A DNA stretch of 29,490 bases from an uncultured Deinococcales bacterium (GTDB taxonomy: Bacteria; Deinococcota; Deinococci; Deinococcales; JAAFIG01): assembly GCA_964244895.1 (NCBI GenBank), contig CAXTKV010000044.1:1-29490 (forward strand). Reading direction: 5' to 3'. The position numbers and the translations under genes were made by a program. Of this stretch, positions 1 to 8,102 are shown piece by piece (the stretch's first letter is position 1; the number at the start of each line of letters is the position of its first letter). The notes under the pieces were generated by a model that saw only the letters and a list, made by a program, of their open reading frames with translations, was not told the origin of the DNA and did not search any database.

Positions 1-828
1 GGTAAGAGCCTCAACACCCGCGTGCCCGTCCCCAATACCCACGACGAGGTCGGCGATCTGGCGCGCACCCTGAACGGCATGCTGGAAGGGCTAGAGAACG
101 CCTTCGAGACGCAAAAGCGTTTCACGGCGGATGCCAGCCACGAACTGCGCACGCCCGTCACCGCGATCAGCGGTCACGCCAATTTCTTGTTGCGGCGCAC
201 CAACCCCACGCCCGACCAGAAAGAATCGCTCGAGGCGATCCGGTCGCTTTCCAACAGGCTCTCCAAGCTGATCGCAGACCTGCTCGATCTGGCCCGCGCG
301 GACGCCGGATTGCCGATCCAGCCGCAGGAAGTCAACCTGGTCAACCTGGCCGAAGACGTTCACCTGGAACTGGCGGCCATTGCAGGCAACGCCGAAATCG
401 AAGTCGAGGGTGCGCGCAACATTTTCGTGATGGCCGATCCGAACCGCATCAAGCAGGTGATCCTGAACCTCGTGCAGAACGCGATCAAGGCCGGGTCAAC
501 CCGCGTGGGCGTCAACGTCGAACTCGATCCTGCGTCCGACAAAACCGTGATTCTGTCCGTCGAGGACAACGGCCCCGGCATTCCTGCCGAACACCTCGCT
601 AAGCTCTTTGACCGTTTCTACCGCGTGGACACCGCCAGAGACCGCGCCGTGGGTGGTTCCGGGCTGGGCTTGTCCATCGTCAAATGGATCGTCGAGGCGC
701 ACGGCGGCACGGTCAACATCTCGAGCCGGGTCGGGGTCGGCACGCGCTTCGAGGTGCGCCTGCCCGTCTCGCGGGTCATCGTCAAACCCATCGGTGTGGC
801 CGTCAACGTGCTCGATGATCGCGCTTGA
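1..828 (+). CDS. Two-component sensor histidine kinase (HAMP-HisKA-HATPase_c), 5'-truncated by the window edge
   Basis: Frame is open from base 1 (GKSLNTRVPVPNTHDEVGDLARTLN, end of a HAMP domain); H-box DASHELRTP, N-box NLVQNA, G1 DNGPG, F-box FDRFYR, G2 GSGLGL. Confidence 0.95.
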   Translation, partial: GKSLNTRVPVPNTHDEVGDLARTLNGMLEGLENAFETQKRFTADASHELRTPVTAISGHANFLLRRTNPTPDQKESLEAIRSLSNRLSKLIADLLDLARADAGLPIQPQEVNLVNLAEDVHLELAAIAGNAEIEVEGARNIFVMADPNRIKQVILNLVQNAIKAGSTRVGVNVELDPASDKTVILSVEDNGPGIPAEHLAKLFDRFYRVDTARDRAVGGSGLGLSIVKWIVEAHGGTVNISSRVGVGTRFEVRLPVSRVIVKPIGVAVNVLDDRA

Positions 829-835
829 GTCGCGC

Positions 836-896
836 AGACCGTCCCGCACGAATTTCGTGTAAGCCCGAGAAGACCGTGCGAGACGATCTTCTCGAG
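836..896. repeat. Palindromic intergenic element, copy 1 (degenerate)
   Basis: Arms AGACCGTCCCGCACG (836-850) and CGTGCGAGACGATCT (875-889), ending in CTCGAG; lies between convergent genes. Confidence 0.75.
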
Positions 897-948
897 ATGA
901 GTCAACGATCAGGTGCGATCCCGCACGCTCGTTATTGCCAGGGTTTGA

Positions 949-1308
949 TCAAACCTTGCGGAGCTTTTCCAGGGCTGCATCCACGTCAATCTCGCCTTTT
1001 TCCAGGGCGCTGATGATGTCATCTTTTTGATCGGACTCGTCCGGCGCGGCCTCGTAGCCGAGCGCGCGCAGCAAGCCCTCGAAGCGCGAGCGCACCGTCG
1101 GGTACGACAATCCCAGGATGCGTTCGACTTCCTTGAGGTTACCGCGCACCTTGATGTACAGGCGCAGAAATTCGAGTTGTTCTGGTGGCAGGACTGAAAA
1201 TTCGTTCAGGCGGAACTGCCCTTCCAGGCTGACGCCCGCGTTCGGGTACGTCAGCCGCGTGACCAGCGGCTCGCCGTAAGGTTGGTTGGTCGGCAGATCG
1301 AAGATCAT
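949..1308 (-). CDS. DUF2089-family protein (HTH plus C-terminal SHOCT-like helix), probable regulator of its operon
   Basis: EQLEFLRLYIKVRGNLKEVERILGLSYPTVRSR motif and C-terminal IISALEKGEIDVDAALEKL. Confidence 0.88.
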   Translation of the reverse strand: MIFDLPTNQPYGEPLVTRLTYPNAGVSLEGQFRLNEFSVLPPEQLEFLRLYIKVRGNLKEVERILGLSYPTVRSRFEGLLRALGYEAAPDESDQKDDIISALEKGEIDVDAALEKLRKV

Positions 1309-1320
1309 GTGGCCCTTTCT

Positions 1321-1387
1321 GAGAACACCGTGTGGGACGGTGTACTCGAGTATTGAAGATATGTCGTGTAGGACGGTGTTTCTCGAG
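1321..1387. repeat. Palindromic intergenic element, copy 2
   Basis: GAGAACACCGTGTGGGACGGTGTACTCGAG followed by a second right arm CGTGTAGGACGGTGTTTCTCGAG. Confidence 0.75.
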
Positions 1388-1401
1388 TTCTCGATTCGAG
1401 A

Positions 1402-1980
1402 TCACTCGATCCAGATGCGGATTTCAGTGCCGTCCGCACCCTCGATCTCGACCAGGTTGCCGTCCGGTAGTTCGTCGTGCTTCAGCAGTTCCGTCAGGGC
1501 GCTCACGTCCAATCCCTGCTCGGTCATGGATTGTTGCGCCTCTTTGGGGATCAATTTCAGCGCGAAATTCGCTAAGCCCAGCGGCAGGTTGACGCGCACG
1601 TTCGATCCGTCCGAACCTTCGATCTCGAGCCGGAGTGTGCGCGAGGTCTTGCGTGCGCCACCCTTCTTGACGCCGAGATCGAGCATCACGTCGCCCAGCG
1701 CACCTCGGACGCTACCGAGAACATCCTCGACGATGCCGCCACCCGCTCCCGGTCTCGAGCGTTGGTACGCCGCGCCCGCGTTAACGGTCTGGCGCTCCAG
1801 AAGCGCTGCCACGTCAGCGGGGGAGAGCTGATCCTCTGAAAGCTGCACGTACAGGTTCTCGAGGACTTTCGGCGAGATCTTGCTCAGGCTCGGTTCCAGC
1901 GCGCTGAGGAGTTTCGTGGCTTCCTCGCGGGAAATCTTGTTGCCCGCGACCAGTTCCAGGATGCGCTCGATCTCGGTCAC
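1402..1980 (-). CDS. SHOCT-like domain protein of DUF2089-associated operons (192 aa)
   Basis: GTG at 1980 overlaps the upstream stop (GTGA); N-terminal EIERILELVAGNKISREEATKLL; C-terminal VRVNLPLGLA...LVEIEGADGTEIRIWIE. Confidence 0.82.
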   Translation of the reverse strand: MTEIERILELVAGNKISREEATKLLSALEPSLSKISPKVLENLYVQLSEDQLSPADVAALLERQTVNAGAAYQRSRPGAGGGIVEDVLGSVRGALGDVMLDLGVKKGGARKTSRTLRLEIEGSDGSNVRVNLPLGLANFALKLIPKEAQQSMTEQGLDVSALTELLKHDELPDGNLVEIEGADGTEIRIWIE

Positions 1981-2939
1981 TGCGATTCCCCGCCTTCCGC
2001 GATGATGTCCAGATCGCCCGCCGTCAACCGCGCCTCGAGCTTCGCGCGACCCGATCCGAGCCGACCTTCGATGGAACCGCCCGTGATGCGCCTGTCCGTC
2101 TGGGTCAGGATGAAGCCCTTGGCGCTGCAATCGCCCGCCGTGGTCGAGGCTTTGAGCGTCACGCTCGAGCCGGGTTCCAGCCTGATGTCCACGTCGCCCG
2201 CCAGGGCCGTCATGCTGGATTCGCCGCTCGTCAGTTTCGTTTTCACCTTCACGTCACCCGCTTTCGTTTCGATTCTGAAGCTGCTGGCGTCCGTCAAGTC
2301 CAGGTCTCCGGCTTGCAGGTCGAGTTCGACGCGCCCCAGGACGCCGCGCACATCCACGTCGCCCGCCAGGGCTTTGATCTCGAGCCGTTCCAGGGTGGCG
2401 GGCACTTCGAGCCTGATGTCCACGGGAATGGCGCGCCCGATGGCCTTGAAGACCGTGTCCAACCAGCCGAGTTCCGTGGGGTTGCCCAGCGTGCTGTTGC
2501 CGCCGACGCGCAGCACCTCGCCGTCGTAGGTCATGGAGATGTTGCTTGCGCCCGTACCGACGGCGTTGACGCGGTTGGTCAGTCCGGGTCTGCCCTCGAC
2601 CCGGATGTCTCCGGCCAGCGCGCTGATGATCACGTGCTTGACCGGGCCTTCGTAGAACGCGTTCGAGGTGGTTCTGGCGGGTTCTGCGGGTTTCGGTTCG
2701 GGTTTCGGCGGCGCGACCTGCGGTTGCGGTGCGACCTGCGGTTGCGGTGCGGCTTGCGGCGCTGGCTGTGGCGCTGCCGGTTGCACTGGGGGTGCGATCG
2801 GTGCGCTCGGGGTGGTGACGGCCTGGTTGGTGGTCTCGCCCTGCGCGTCGAGGGCTTTGAAGAGTTTCCTGGCTTCCTCCGGGCTGACCTTTCCCTCGCG
2901 GAGCAGGTTCTCGATGCGTTCACGGAATGGATCGCTCAT
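1977..2939 (-). CDS. DUF4097 (beta-strand repeat, YvlB/LiaX-like) protein with N-terminal SHOCT-like helix and Pro/Gln-rich linker
   Basis: RIENLLREGKVSPEEARKL N-terminus; repeated ALAGDI/LQAGDL/TKAGDV/TTAGD units; RBS GAAGGGAG upstream. Confidence 0.85.
   Translation of the reverse strand: MSDPFRERIENLLREGKVSPEEARKLFKALDAQGETTNQAVTTPSAPIAPPVQPAAPQPAPQAAPQPQVAPQPQVAPPKPEPKPAEPARTTSNAFYEGPVKHVIISALAGDIRVEGRPGLTNRVNAVGTGASNISMTYDGEVLRVGGNSTLGNPTELGWLDTVFKAIGRAIPVDIRLEVPATLERLEIKALAGDVDVRGVLGRVELDLQAGDLDLTDASSFRIETKAGDVKVKTKLTSGESSMTALAGDVDIRLEPGSSVTLKASTTAGDCSAKGFILTQTDRRITGGSIEGRLGSGRAKLEARLTAGDLDIIAEGGESQ
2713..2748. repeat. 18-bp tandem repeat (2 exact copies) encoding APQPQV in the linker
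   Basis: GCGACCTGCGGTTGCGGT at 2713-2730 and 2731-2748. Confidence 0.85.
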
Positions 2940-2961
2940 GGTTTGGCTCCCTTCTGAAAAT

Positions 2962-3005
2962 AGTATGCAACTGATATTTACATTTTGTCAAGTTTGGATT
3001 TACAT
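2962..3005 (-). promoter_or_regulatory. Sigma70-type promoter of the DUF4097 operon with a repeated operator-like motif
   Basis: Minus strand TTGACA (2991-2986), 18 nt, CATACT (2967-2962); ATGTAAAT repeated 22 bp apart (2976-2983, 2998-3005). Confidence 0.7.
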
Positions 3006-3074
3006 ATCGTTATTTCGGAGCGATCCGCGCACATCAACAAGCTCCAGAATCCGTCCTGAACGGGTCACACCTCA

Positions 3075-3122
3075 AGAACACCGTCCAGGACACGTTCCAT
3101 AGATCGCGTGCTGCACGGTGTT
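3075..3122. repeat. Palindromic intergenic element, copy 3
   Basis: AGAACACCGTCCAGGACACG...CGCGTGCTGCACGGTGTT. Confidence 0.85.
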
Positions 3123-3166
3123 GCTCTCAAAATTTATTCTTGGAACGCTCAAGATTATTTTTTCGA

Positions 3167-3193
3167 TGTCATCCTGAACGGAGTGAAGGCTCT
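3167..3193 (+). repeat. Possible REP-like unit of the (T/C)GTCA-tagged type
   Basis: TGTCATCCTGAACGGAGTGAAGGCTCT resembles GTCATCCTGAGCG-N-GAAGGATCT-type repeats; single copy in this window. Confidence 0.4.
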
Positions 3194-3340
3194 TTCGGCG
3201 TCGCACGGTTGAGTACGCACGATGCAATGGCGAAAAAACTTCTCATGTGAGGTCATCAAGATGAGCACGTTTGCAGCGGTTTCTACGGAGCGTTCTCGAG
3301 CACCTCGGAGACCGTTGGGATCAATGCCTCACCCCGCATC

Positions 3341-3369
3341 AAAAAAGCCCGAGGTCATCGCCTCGAGCC
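3341..3369 (-). terminator. Intrinsic terminator downstream of the cyclase gene
   Basis: Minus strand GCTCGAGG-CGATGA-CCTCGGGC followed by TTTTTT. Confidence 0.75.
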
Positions 3370-3392
3370 CGCACCGGATGTGAACCGCGCTT

Positions 3393-5246
3393 TTAGCGCC
3401 GTTGCACCATGACCGCGCCCAGCGGACGATCTGCGCCATTCACCGTTTTCGGGCCGACCTGAACGCGGTCAGGCTTGACGTTCGTGGCCTTCGAGAGCGC
3501 CACCGTGAATTGGTGCTCCTCGCCGGACAACCGGGAATGCTCGGCGGCGCGCACCGGATCGCGGCTCAGGAACCAGCGGGTCAGCGCGAAATGCGCCGCT
3601 TGCCAGGCTCGAGGGGCGCTCAACGAGGCGGCCAGGTCGCGCACCAGCGGCAAGGAAATCTCGAACTCGCGCTCGTTGTCCCAACGCGACGGGACTTCCT
3701 CGATCCAGCCATCGTTCAACAAGTGTTCCAGGGCATCGTGCGGTGCGCGGCCCAGCACGGCGCCGACCGCACCGGCAAAAAAGCTCGAGCTCATCATCGC
3801 GCCGACCGAAAGCACCTCTCGGGCCTCCAGGGACAACCGATCGAGGCGCGCCAGCAGCGCGCAGCGCACGGATTCCGGCAGGTCGACCTCGTCCTTCGTG
3901 CCGTGGCGCAGCGCATCGCCCAGGAGTTCCAGCAGGTACGGGTTGCCGCGCGAGGCCTCGAAGACGCGTTTGGCCACCCCGACGGACAGGGTTCCTGCGA
4001 TCTTCTCGAGGAAGGTCACGGCCTGGGCCGCCGTGAAGGGCTTGACGCGGATCACGGTCGCGGTCGGTCTGGTGGCGCGCGAGGCGTGGCGGGCGATCAG
4101 GATCGGGGCGTCCTCGGCCTCCAGGCGGGTGATCATGGCGCGCACGTCCGGGTCCAGGTCGTGGCTCTGCTCGAGCACCAGGCACAACGGGCGGCGCTTG
4201 GCCAGCGTGGCGATCAGCCCGGCGACCGCGTCCCACGGGCGTTGACCGAAACCCGTGACGCTCATGCCGAGCGTCAACGCCAGCCCGGAACGCAGGTGCG
4301 AGATGCCGAGCGTTTCCAGGTAATCGTTCAGGCTTTCCAGGTTGAGCGTGGCCTCGAACGGCAGCAGTCGCTGCGTCAGCCTGGCCAGACCCGTGCCCGG
4401 TTGCAGCGTCAGGCTCCAGGTATCGCCGGGACGGCGTTCGATTTCTCGGGCGAACTCTGCCAGCAATCGGCTCTTGCCCGTGCCGAAACCGCCGATGACC
4501 TCGACGCTGACGGGCCTGAGGGTCAGGCAGGCCTGCGTGAAGTACCCCTCGAGCGCCCCGAGTTCCGAACGGCGACCGATGAAGGGCAATTCGGGTTTGG
4601 TTTCGGAGAACTCGCGCACGCCTCGGAAACGGTACGGCCCGGCCTCGTCGGCGTAATCGCGCACCTCGAGGTTCGTGATGTGCTCGTATTCGACCAGCTT
4701 CCAGGTGTCCAGACGCGTGCGTTCGGAGACCAGCACCTCGCCGTGATCCGCCGCGCTGCACAATCGGCGCGCCAGGTTGACGACGTTGCCGAAAATCGTG
4801 TACTCGCCACCGATCCAGCCGGTCGTGGCGGTATCGGTGTCCACTCCGGCCCTGGCCTGGAGTTCCAGACCGTTGCGCTGCCCGTAGCGTTCGACCGCGC
4901 GGATCGCGGAGTTGGCGGCGCGCAGGGCGCGCAGGGCGTCGTCCTCGTGGGTGCGTTGCGCGCCGAACGCGGCCAGCACGGCGTCGCCCTGGAATTGCAG
5001 CACCTGTCCCTCGAGCGCCTCGATCTCGCCCGCCAACACGGTCAGGATCTCGCCCATCAAGTCGAAATATTCGTCCGATTTGAGGCTGCGCGCCAACCGC
5101 GTGCTGGCGACCAGGTCCACGAAGACCACGCTGACCCGGCGGCGTTCGTGGGCTCGGGTGGCGTTCATGCTCGTGCCGCAGCTGGGGCAGAAACGCCACC
5201 CTTGGCTCACGTGGTCACGGCAGGAAGGACATTGCACGGCTTTCAT
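3393..5246 (-). CDS. Class III adenylate/guanylate cyclase with N-terminal zinc ribbon and AAA_16-like P-loop ATPase domain
   Basis: CPSC...CPSCG; VFVDLVAST and FQGDAV metal-binding Asps; YTIFGNVVNLARRL; Walker A GGFGTGKS; GNPYLLE; LLARLDRL. Confidence 0.88.
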   Translation of the reverse strand: MKAVQCPSCRDHVSQGWRFCPSCGTSMNATRAHERRRVSVVFVDLVASTRLARSLKSDEYFDLMGEILTVLAGEIEALEGQVLQFQGDAVLAAFGAQRTHEDDALRALRAANSAIRAVERYGQRNGLELQARAGVDTDTATTGWIGGEYTIFGNVVNLARRLCSAADHGEVLVSERTRLDTWKLVEYEHITNLEVRDYADEAGPYRFRGVREFSETKPELPFIGRRSELGALEGYFTQACLTLRPVSVEVIGGFGTGKSRLLAEFAREIERRPGDTWSLTLQPGTGLARLTQRLLPFEATLNLESLNDYLETLGISHLRSGLALTLGMSVTGFGQRPWDAVAGLIATLAKRRPLCLVLEQSHDLDPDVRAMITRLEAEDAPILIARHASRATRPTATVIRVKPFTAAQAVTFLEKIAGTLSVGVAKRVFEASRGNPYLLELLGDALRHGTKDEVDLPESVRCALLARLDRLSLEAREVLSVGAMMSSSFFAGAVGAVLGRAPHDALEHLLNDGWIEEVPSRWDNEREFEISLPLVRDLAASLSAPRAWQAAHFALTRWFLSRDPVRAAEHSRLSGEEHQFTVALSKATNVKPDRVQVGPKTVNGADRPLGAVMVQRR

Positions 5247-5385
5247 TTTGTACAGTGAACAGTCACAAGGTTCTTACAAAAGTTCACCCGAACGCTCGAA
5301 ACCTCACATTATCAGATGGTTTCGCGCGGATTCGGTCATTTTTCGCAGTCTTTGAAGACGTGCGAGAAATCGGCCAGGGATTGAA

Positions 5386-5433
5386 GAAGACCGTCCAGGA
5401 CGCGATTCAAGAGCATCGTGCTGGACGGTCTTC
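5386..5433. repeat. Palindromic intergenic element, copy 4
   Basis: GAAGACCGTCCAGGACG...CGTGCTGGACGGTCTTC. Confidence 0.9.
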
Positions 5434-5446
5434 CTCGCGTCTCGAG

Positions 5447-5475
5447 CGGAGGGCGGGTCACAGACCCACCCTCCG
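5447..5475. repeat. REP-like hairpin (resembles GTAG-family GGGCGGGTC-N-GACCCGCCC units)
   Basis: CGGAGGGCGGGTC-ACA-GACCCACCCTCCG; no poly-T tail. Confidence 0.55.
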
Positions 5476-5512
5476 AGAAGAATTCCTGCGGTTGCTCGAG
5501 AATCGCCTTTTT

Positions 5513-5956
5513 TCAGGATCGCTTTTTGGCGTTCAGGTAAAAGCCGTGAACGGGTTCGAGGCTTTCCACCGACACGCAATCTCCAATTTTCAGGTTGCGC
5601 CACGAATCGTCGAACACGCCGACCACCAACGGCGCTCTGGCCTGCACGACCACGAAGCCGCGCGAGACTTCCAGCACCGAACCGATCGCGCTGATCCTCG
5701 AGACGCCGATGGGACGCAGTTCTTCGTCGGTGGCTTCGATCTTTTTGACGGTTTCCGCCACCGGATGCACGATCAGGTTGGCCTCGCCGGGACGCGCTGC
5801 GTAAGGCCCGACGCGATCCAGCAGGTAAATCACGCGCCCACCGATGCGCACTTCCAGCAGCGGAGAACCCTCAGGTTGCGGGTACACGACGGCTTGCGCG
5901 GCGTGGTGCTTCCAGCTTTGAACGAATTCGGCGATGGAATTCTCTAAAACGGGCAT
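5513..5956 (-). CDS. Hypothetical protein (147 aa, beta-rich, possibly OB-fold-like)
   Basis: Normal amino-acid composition unlike overlapping shadow ORFs; extended -10 TGtTAGACT 7 nt before the ATG. Confidence 0.8.
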   Translation of the reverse strand: MPVLENSIAEFVQSWKHHAAQAVVYPQPEGSPLLEVRIGGRVIYLLDRVGPYAARPGEANLIVHPVAETVKKIEATDEELRPIGVSRISAIGSVLEVSRGFVVVQARAPLVVGVFDDSWRNLKIGDCVSVESLEPVHGFYLNAKKRS

Positions 5957-5963
5957 CGCGTGG

Positions 5964-5972
5964 AGTCTAACA
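5964..5972 (-). promoter_or_regulatory. Extended -10 box implying a leaderless transcript
   Basis: TGtTAGACT then 7 nt then ATG at 5956; no Shine-Dalgarno. Confidence 0.55.
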
Positions 5973-5994
5973 GGTCGCGGAATGGCATTTCAGG

Positions 5995-6052
5995 GAACAC
6001 CGTCCAGGACGCGATTCTCGAGCATCAAGATTTCGTGTGCTGGACGGTCTTT
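5995..6052. repeat. Palindromic intergenic element, copy 5
   Basis: GAACACCGTCCAGGACGCG...CGTGTGCTGGACGGTCTTT. Confidence 0.88.
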
Positions 6053-6170
6053 GCCTCTGGAGGGTGTTGATGAAGTCTCGAGACTTGCCCATAACGCACT
6101 CGAAGCTCACGAGTCGCATTTCGGGAATCGGAACGAATTCGAGCCGAGCTCAAATCACAAGCGCTCGAGT

Positions 6171-6205
6171 TTCACTTTGAGCTTTTACCTTTTAACTTTC
6201 AGCCT
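6171..6205. repeat. Degenerate heptamer tandem repeat (5 units)
   Basis: TTCACTT TGAGCTT TTACCTT TTAACTT TCAGCCT. Confidence 0.6.
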
Positions 6206-6227
6206 CGTCAACACGCTCCCAGGGCGC

Positions 6228-6259
6228 AAAAAATCGAGCCTGGAATGTTCCAGGCTCGA
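6228..6259 (-). terminator. Intrinsic terminator of murA
   Basis: 12-bp perfect inverted repeat TCGAGCCTGGAA/TTCCAGGCTCGA followed on the minus strand by TTTTTT. Confidence 0.85.
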
Positions 6260-6280
6260 GGTTCCCCCGCAATCTGGGTG

Positions 6281-7564
6281 TTAAACGACCTGCGCCAGCA
6301 CCGGTTCCGTGCGTCCGACTTCCGCACCGACGGAACGCAGGCGGGCTTCCAGGTTCTCGTAGCCGCGATTCAGGTATTGCACGCCCTCGATGCGCGTCTC
6401 GCCGCTGGCGGCGACGGCGGCGATCACCAGGGCCGCCCCGGCGCGAATGTCCATCGCTTTGACGGGCGCACCCTCGAGGCGCGAGCCTTCGATCACGATG
6501 CTGGAATCCAGGACTTCGGTTTTCGCGCCCATGCGGTTCAGTTCGGCGCTGTAACCGAAGCGCGTCGGGTAAATCCGATCGGTGATGCGGCTGTGACCGT
6601 CCACGGTGGACAAGAAAGCCGCCATCATCGGCTGAACGTCCGTTGGGAAGCCGGGAAATTCGGCCACGGTGATCTGTCCGGGAACCAGGCTCGCGTTGCG
6701 CGCGTCCACACGCACGGTCTGACCGTCGAGTTCGAGGACGTTGACGCCGACCTCGATCAGTTTGGCGGTGACGCTCCTGATCAGGTTCACGTCAATTTTT
6801 TCCAGCGTCAGCGCGCCGCGCGAACTGGCCGCCGCCAGCATCAGGGTCGCGGCCTCGAGTCGGTCGCGGATGATGTGGTACTCGCCGCCCGAGAGCTTCT
6901 CGACGCCTTCGACTTCGATGGTGTGCGTGCCCAGGCCGCGAATCTTCGCGCCCAGGCTGACCAGGAAGCGGCCCATGTCGATCACGTCCGGGTCGATGCT
7001 GGCGTTCTCGAGGCGCACCAATCCCGTGCCCAGCACGGCGGCCAGGATCGCGTTCTGCGTGCCGCCGACGGTCAGCATGTCGAACACGAAGCGCCCCGAG
7101 AGCGGTCGGTCGCGCACGGCGATGAAGTCCCCGCCTTCCTCGGCGATGGTCGCACCGACGGCGCGCAGGGCCTTGACGTGCTGATCCACCGGTCGCGGCC
7201 CGAAGGTGCAACCGCCCGGCATGGAAATCCGGGCCTCGCCCGCGCGCGCCAAGAGCGGCCCGAGGACGATGAAGCTGGCGCGCATCTTGGAGACCAGGCT
7301 GTAGGGCGCTTCGGTGGCGGTGATTTCCGGGGTGTGAATCACCAGCGTGTGCTCGTCCGTCCAGGTGTAGCGCGCGCCCAGGCTGGCGACGATCTCGAGG
7401 ATGCATTCGACATCCGACAGGCGCGGCACGCCGTGCAGCGTGACGGGTTCGGAGAGCAGCAACGAGGCCGCGATGATCGGCAGGGCCGCATTCTTGGACG
7501 GGTTGACGGGCAGCGTGCCGATCAGCGGCGTACCGCCGTGAATCAGGAGCGGCGCGTTGGACAT
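6281..7564 (-). CDS. murA: UDP-N-acetylglucosamine 1-carboxyvinyltransferase
   Basis: SKNAALPI, KMRASF, MPGGCTFGPRPVDQH (active-site Cys retained), FPGFPTDVQP, DIRAGAAL, LNRGYE; start uncertain (alternatives 7591 and 7636, the latter with AAGGAAG upstream). Confidence 0.96.
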   Translation of the reverse strand: MSNAPLLIHGGTPLIGTLPVNPSKNAALPIIAASLLLSEPVTLHGVPRLSDVECILEIVASLGARYTWTDEHTLVIHTPEITATEAPYSLVSKMRASFIVLGPLLARAGEARISMPGGCTFGPRPVDQHVKALRAVGATIAEEGGDFIAVRDRPLSGRFVFDMLTVGGTQNAILAAVLGTGLVRLENASIDPDVIDMGRFLVSLGAKIRGLGTHTIEVEGVEKLSGGEYHIIRDRLEAATLMLAAASSRGALTLEKIDVNLIRSVTAKLIEVGVNVLELDGQTVRVDARNASLVPGQITVAEFPGFPTDVQPMMAAFLSTVDGHSRITDRIYPTRFGYSAELNRMGAKTEVLDSSIVIEGSRLEGAPVKAMDIRAGAALVIAAVAASGETRIEGVQYLNRGYENLEARLRSVGAEVGRTEPVLAQVV

Positions 7565-7705
7565 GGAGCGGGATTCAAACAGTGGCGGCATCGGTGTCTT
7601 TCTGCCCAGTCGTGGGTGGGCTCCCATCGGGGTCATGTTCTGGGACTTCCTTGAGAAGTCTCAACATCTTACACAACATACTCACATGGTGTCTATATCT
7701 CAGTC

Positions 7706-7766
7706 TGTTCAAATACCACTCGTGTTCAAATGACACTTCGCACTTCGGGTAGTCAGGTGCTACAAT
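7706..7766 (+). promoter_or_regulatory. Divergent murA/regulator promoter region with tandem direct repeats and extended -10
   Basis: TGTTCAAATACCACTCG (7706-7722), TGTTCAAATGACACTTCG (7723-7740), CACTTCG (7741-7747); TGcTACAAT at 7758-7766. Confidence 0.55.
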
Positions 7767-7783
7767 TCCACCCGAGGAGTGCC

Positions 7784-8008
7784 ATGCCAAAAAAAGAGAA
7801 AAAGCGCCTCCAGGTCGTGATCACCGAGGATCAGGACGCGCTCCTCACCAAAGCAGCCTACGAACTCTCGAGCCCGGAACGCCTGGTCTCGAAGTCCGAG
7901 GTCGTGCGCCTGGCCATCGAAAAGCTCAACAAGGACATCGCCGGAGGCGGAGCCGACCTCGAAGCGCTGGTTCACGCCCTGGAAGTCGAGGAAGAAGACG
8001 CTTCCTGA
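7784..8008 (+). CDS. Small ribbon-helix-helix-like DNA-binding protein (74 aa)
   Basis: RBS GAGGAG; KRLQVVIT beta-strand followed by two helices with SKSEVVRLAIE, typical of the RHH/CopG fold. Confidence 0.8.
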   Translation: MPKKEKKRLQVVITEDQDALLTKAAYELSSPERLVSKSEVVRLAIEKLNKDIAGGGADLEALVHALEVEEEDAS

Positions 8009-8018
8009 CGGCATTTAA

Positions 8019-8036
8019 CTCGAGAACACCGTCTGG
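8019..8036. repeat. Half copy of the palindromic element
   Basis: CTCGAGAACACCGTCTGG. Confidence 0.6.
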
Positions 8037-8068
8037 GGCGCGAGTTTAACCGCTCGCGCCGTTTCTTT
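8037..8068 (+). terminator. Intrinsic terminator after the RHH-like gene
   Basis: GGCGCGAG-TTTAACCG-CTCGCGCC followed by GTTTCTTT. Confidence 0.6.
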
Positions 8069-8102
8069 GGTCGCGTTCACAGCCGCACAGTATCGTGCTG
8101 GC

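Noticed and set aside
1309..1404. Stop-free 93-nt spacer placing DUF2089 in frame with the upstream SHOCT-like gene (readthrough fusion), or another bridging ORF
   Set aside because: All three minus-strand frames are open across this short spacer, so the in-frame state is uninformative; the GTGA-started ORF (1405-1139) does not end at the DUF2089 start, so this junction is an exception to the relay pattern
3402..5258. Long antisense or alternate-frame ORFs (for example 3402-5258 +, 3469-5199 -, 6245-7654 +, 22222-24627 +, 26599-28173 -)
   Set aside because: Shadow ORFs of high-GC genes: Arg/Ala/Gly-rich, no recognisable motifs, and overlapping well-supported CDSs
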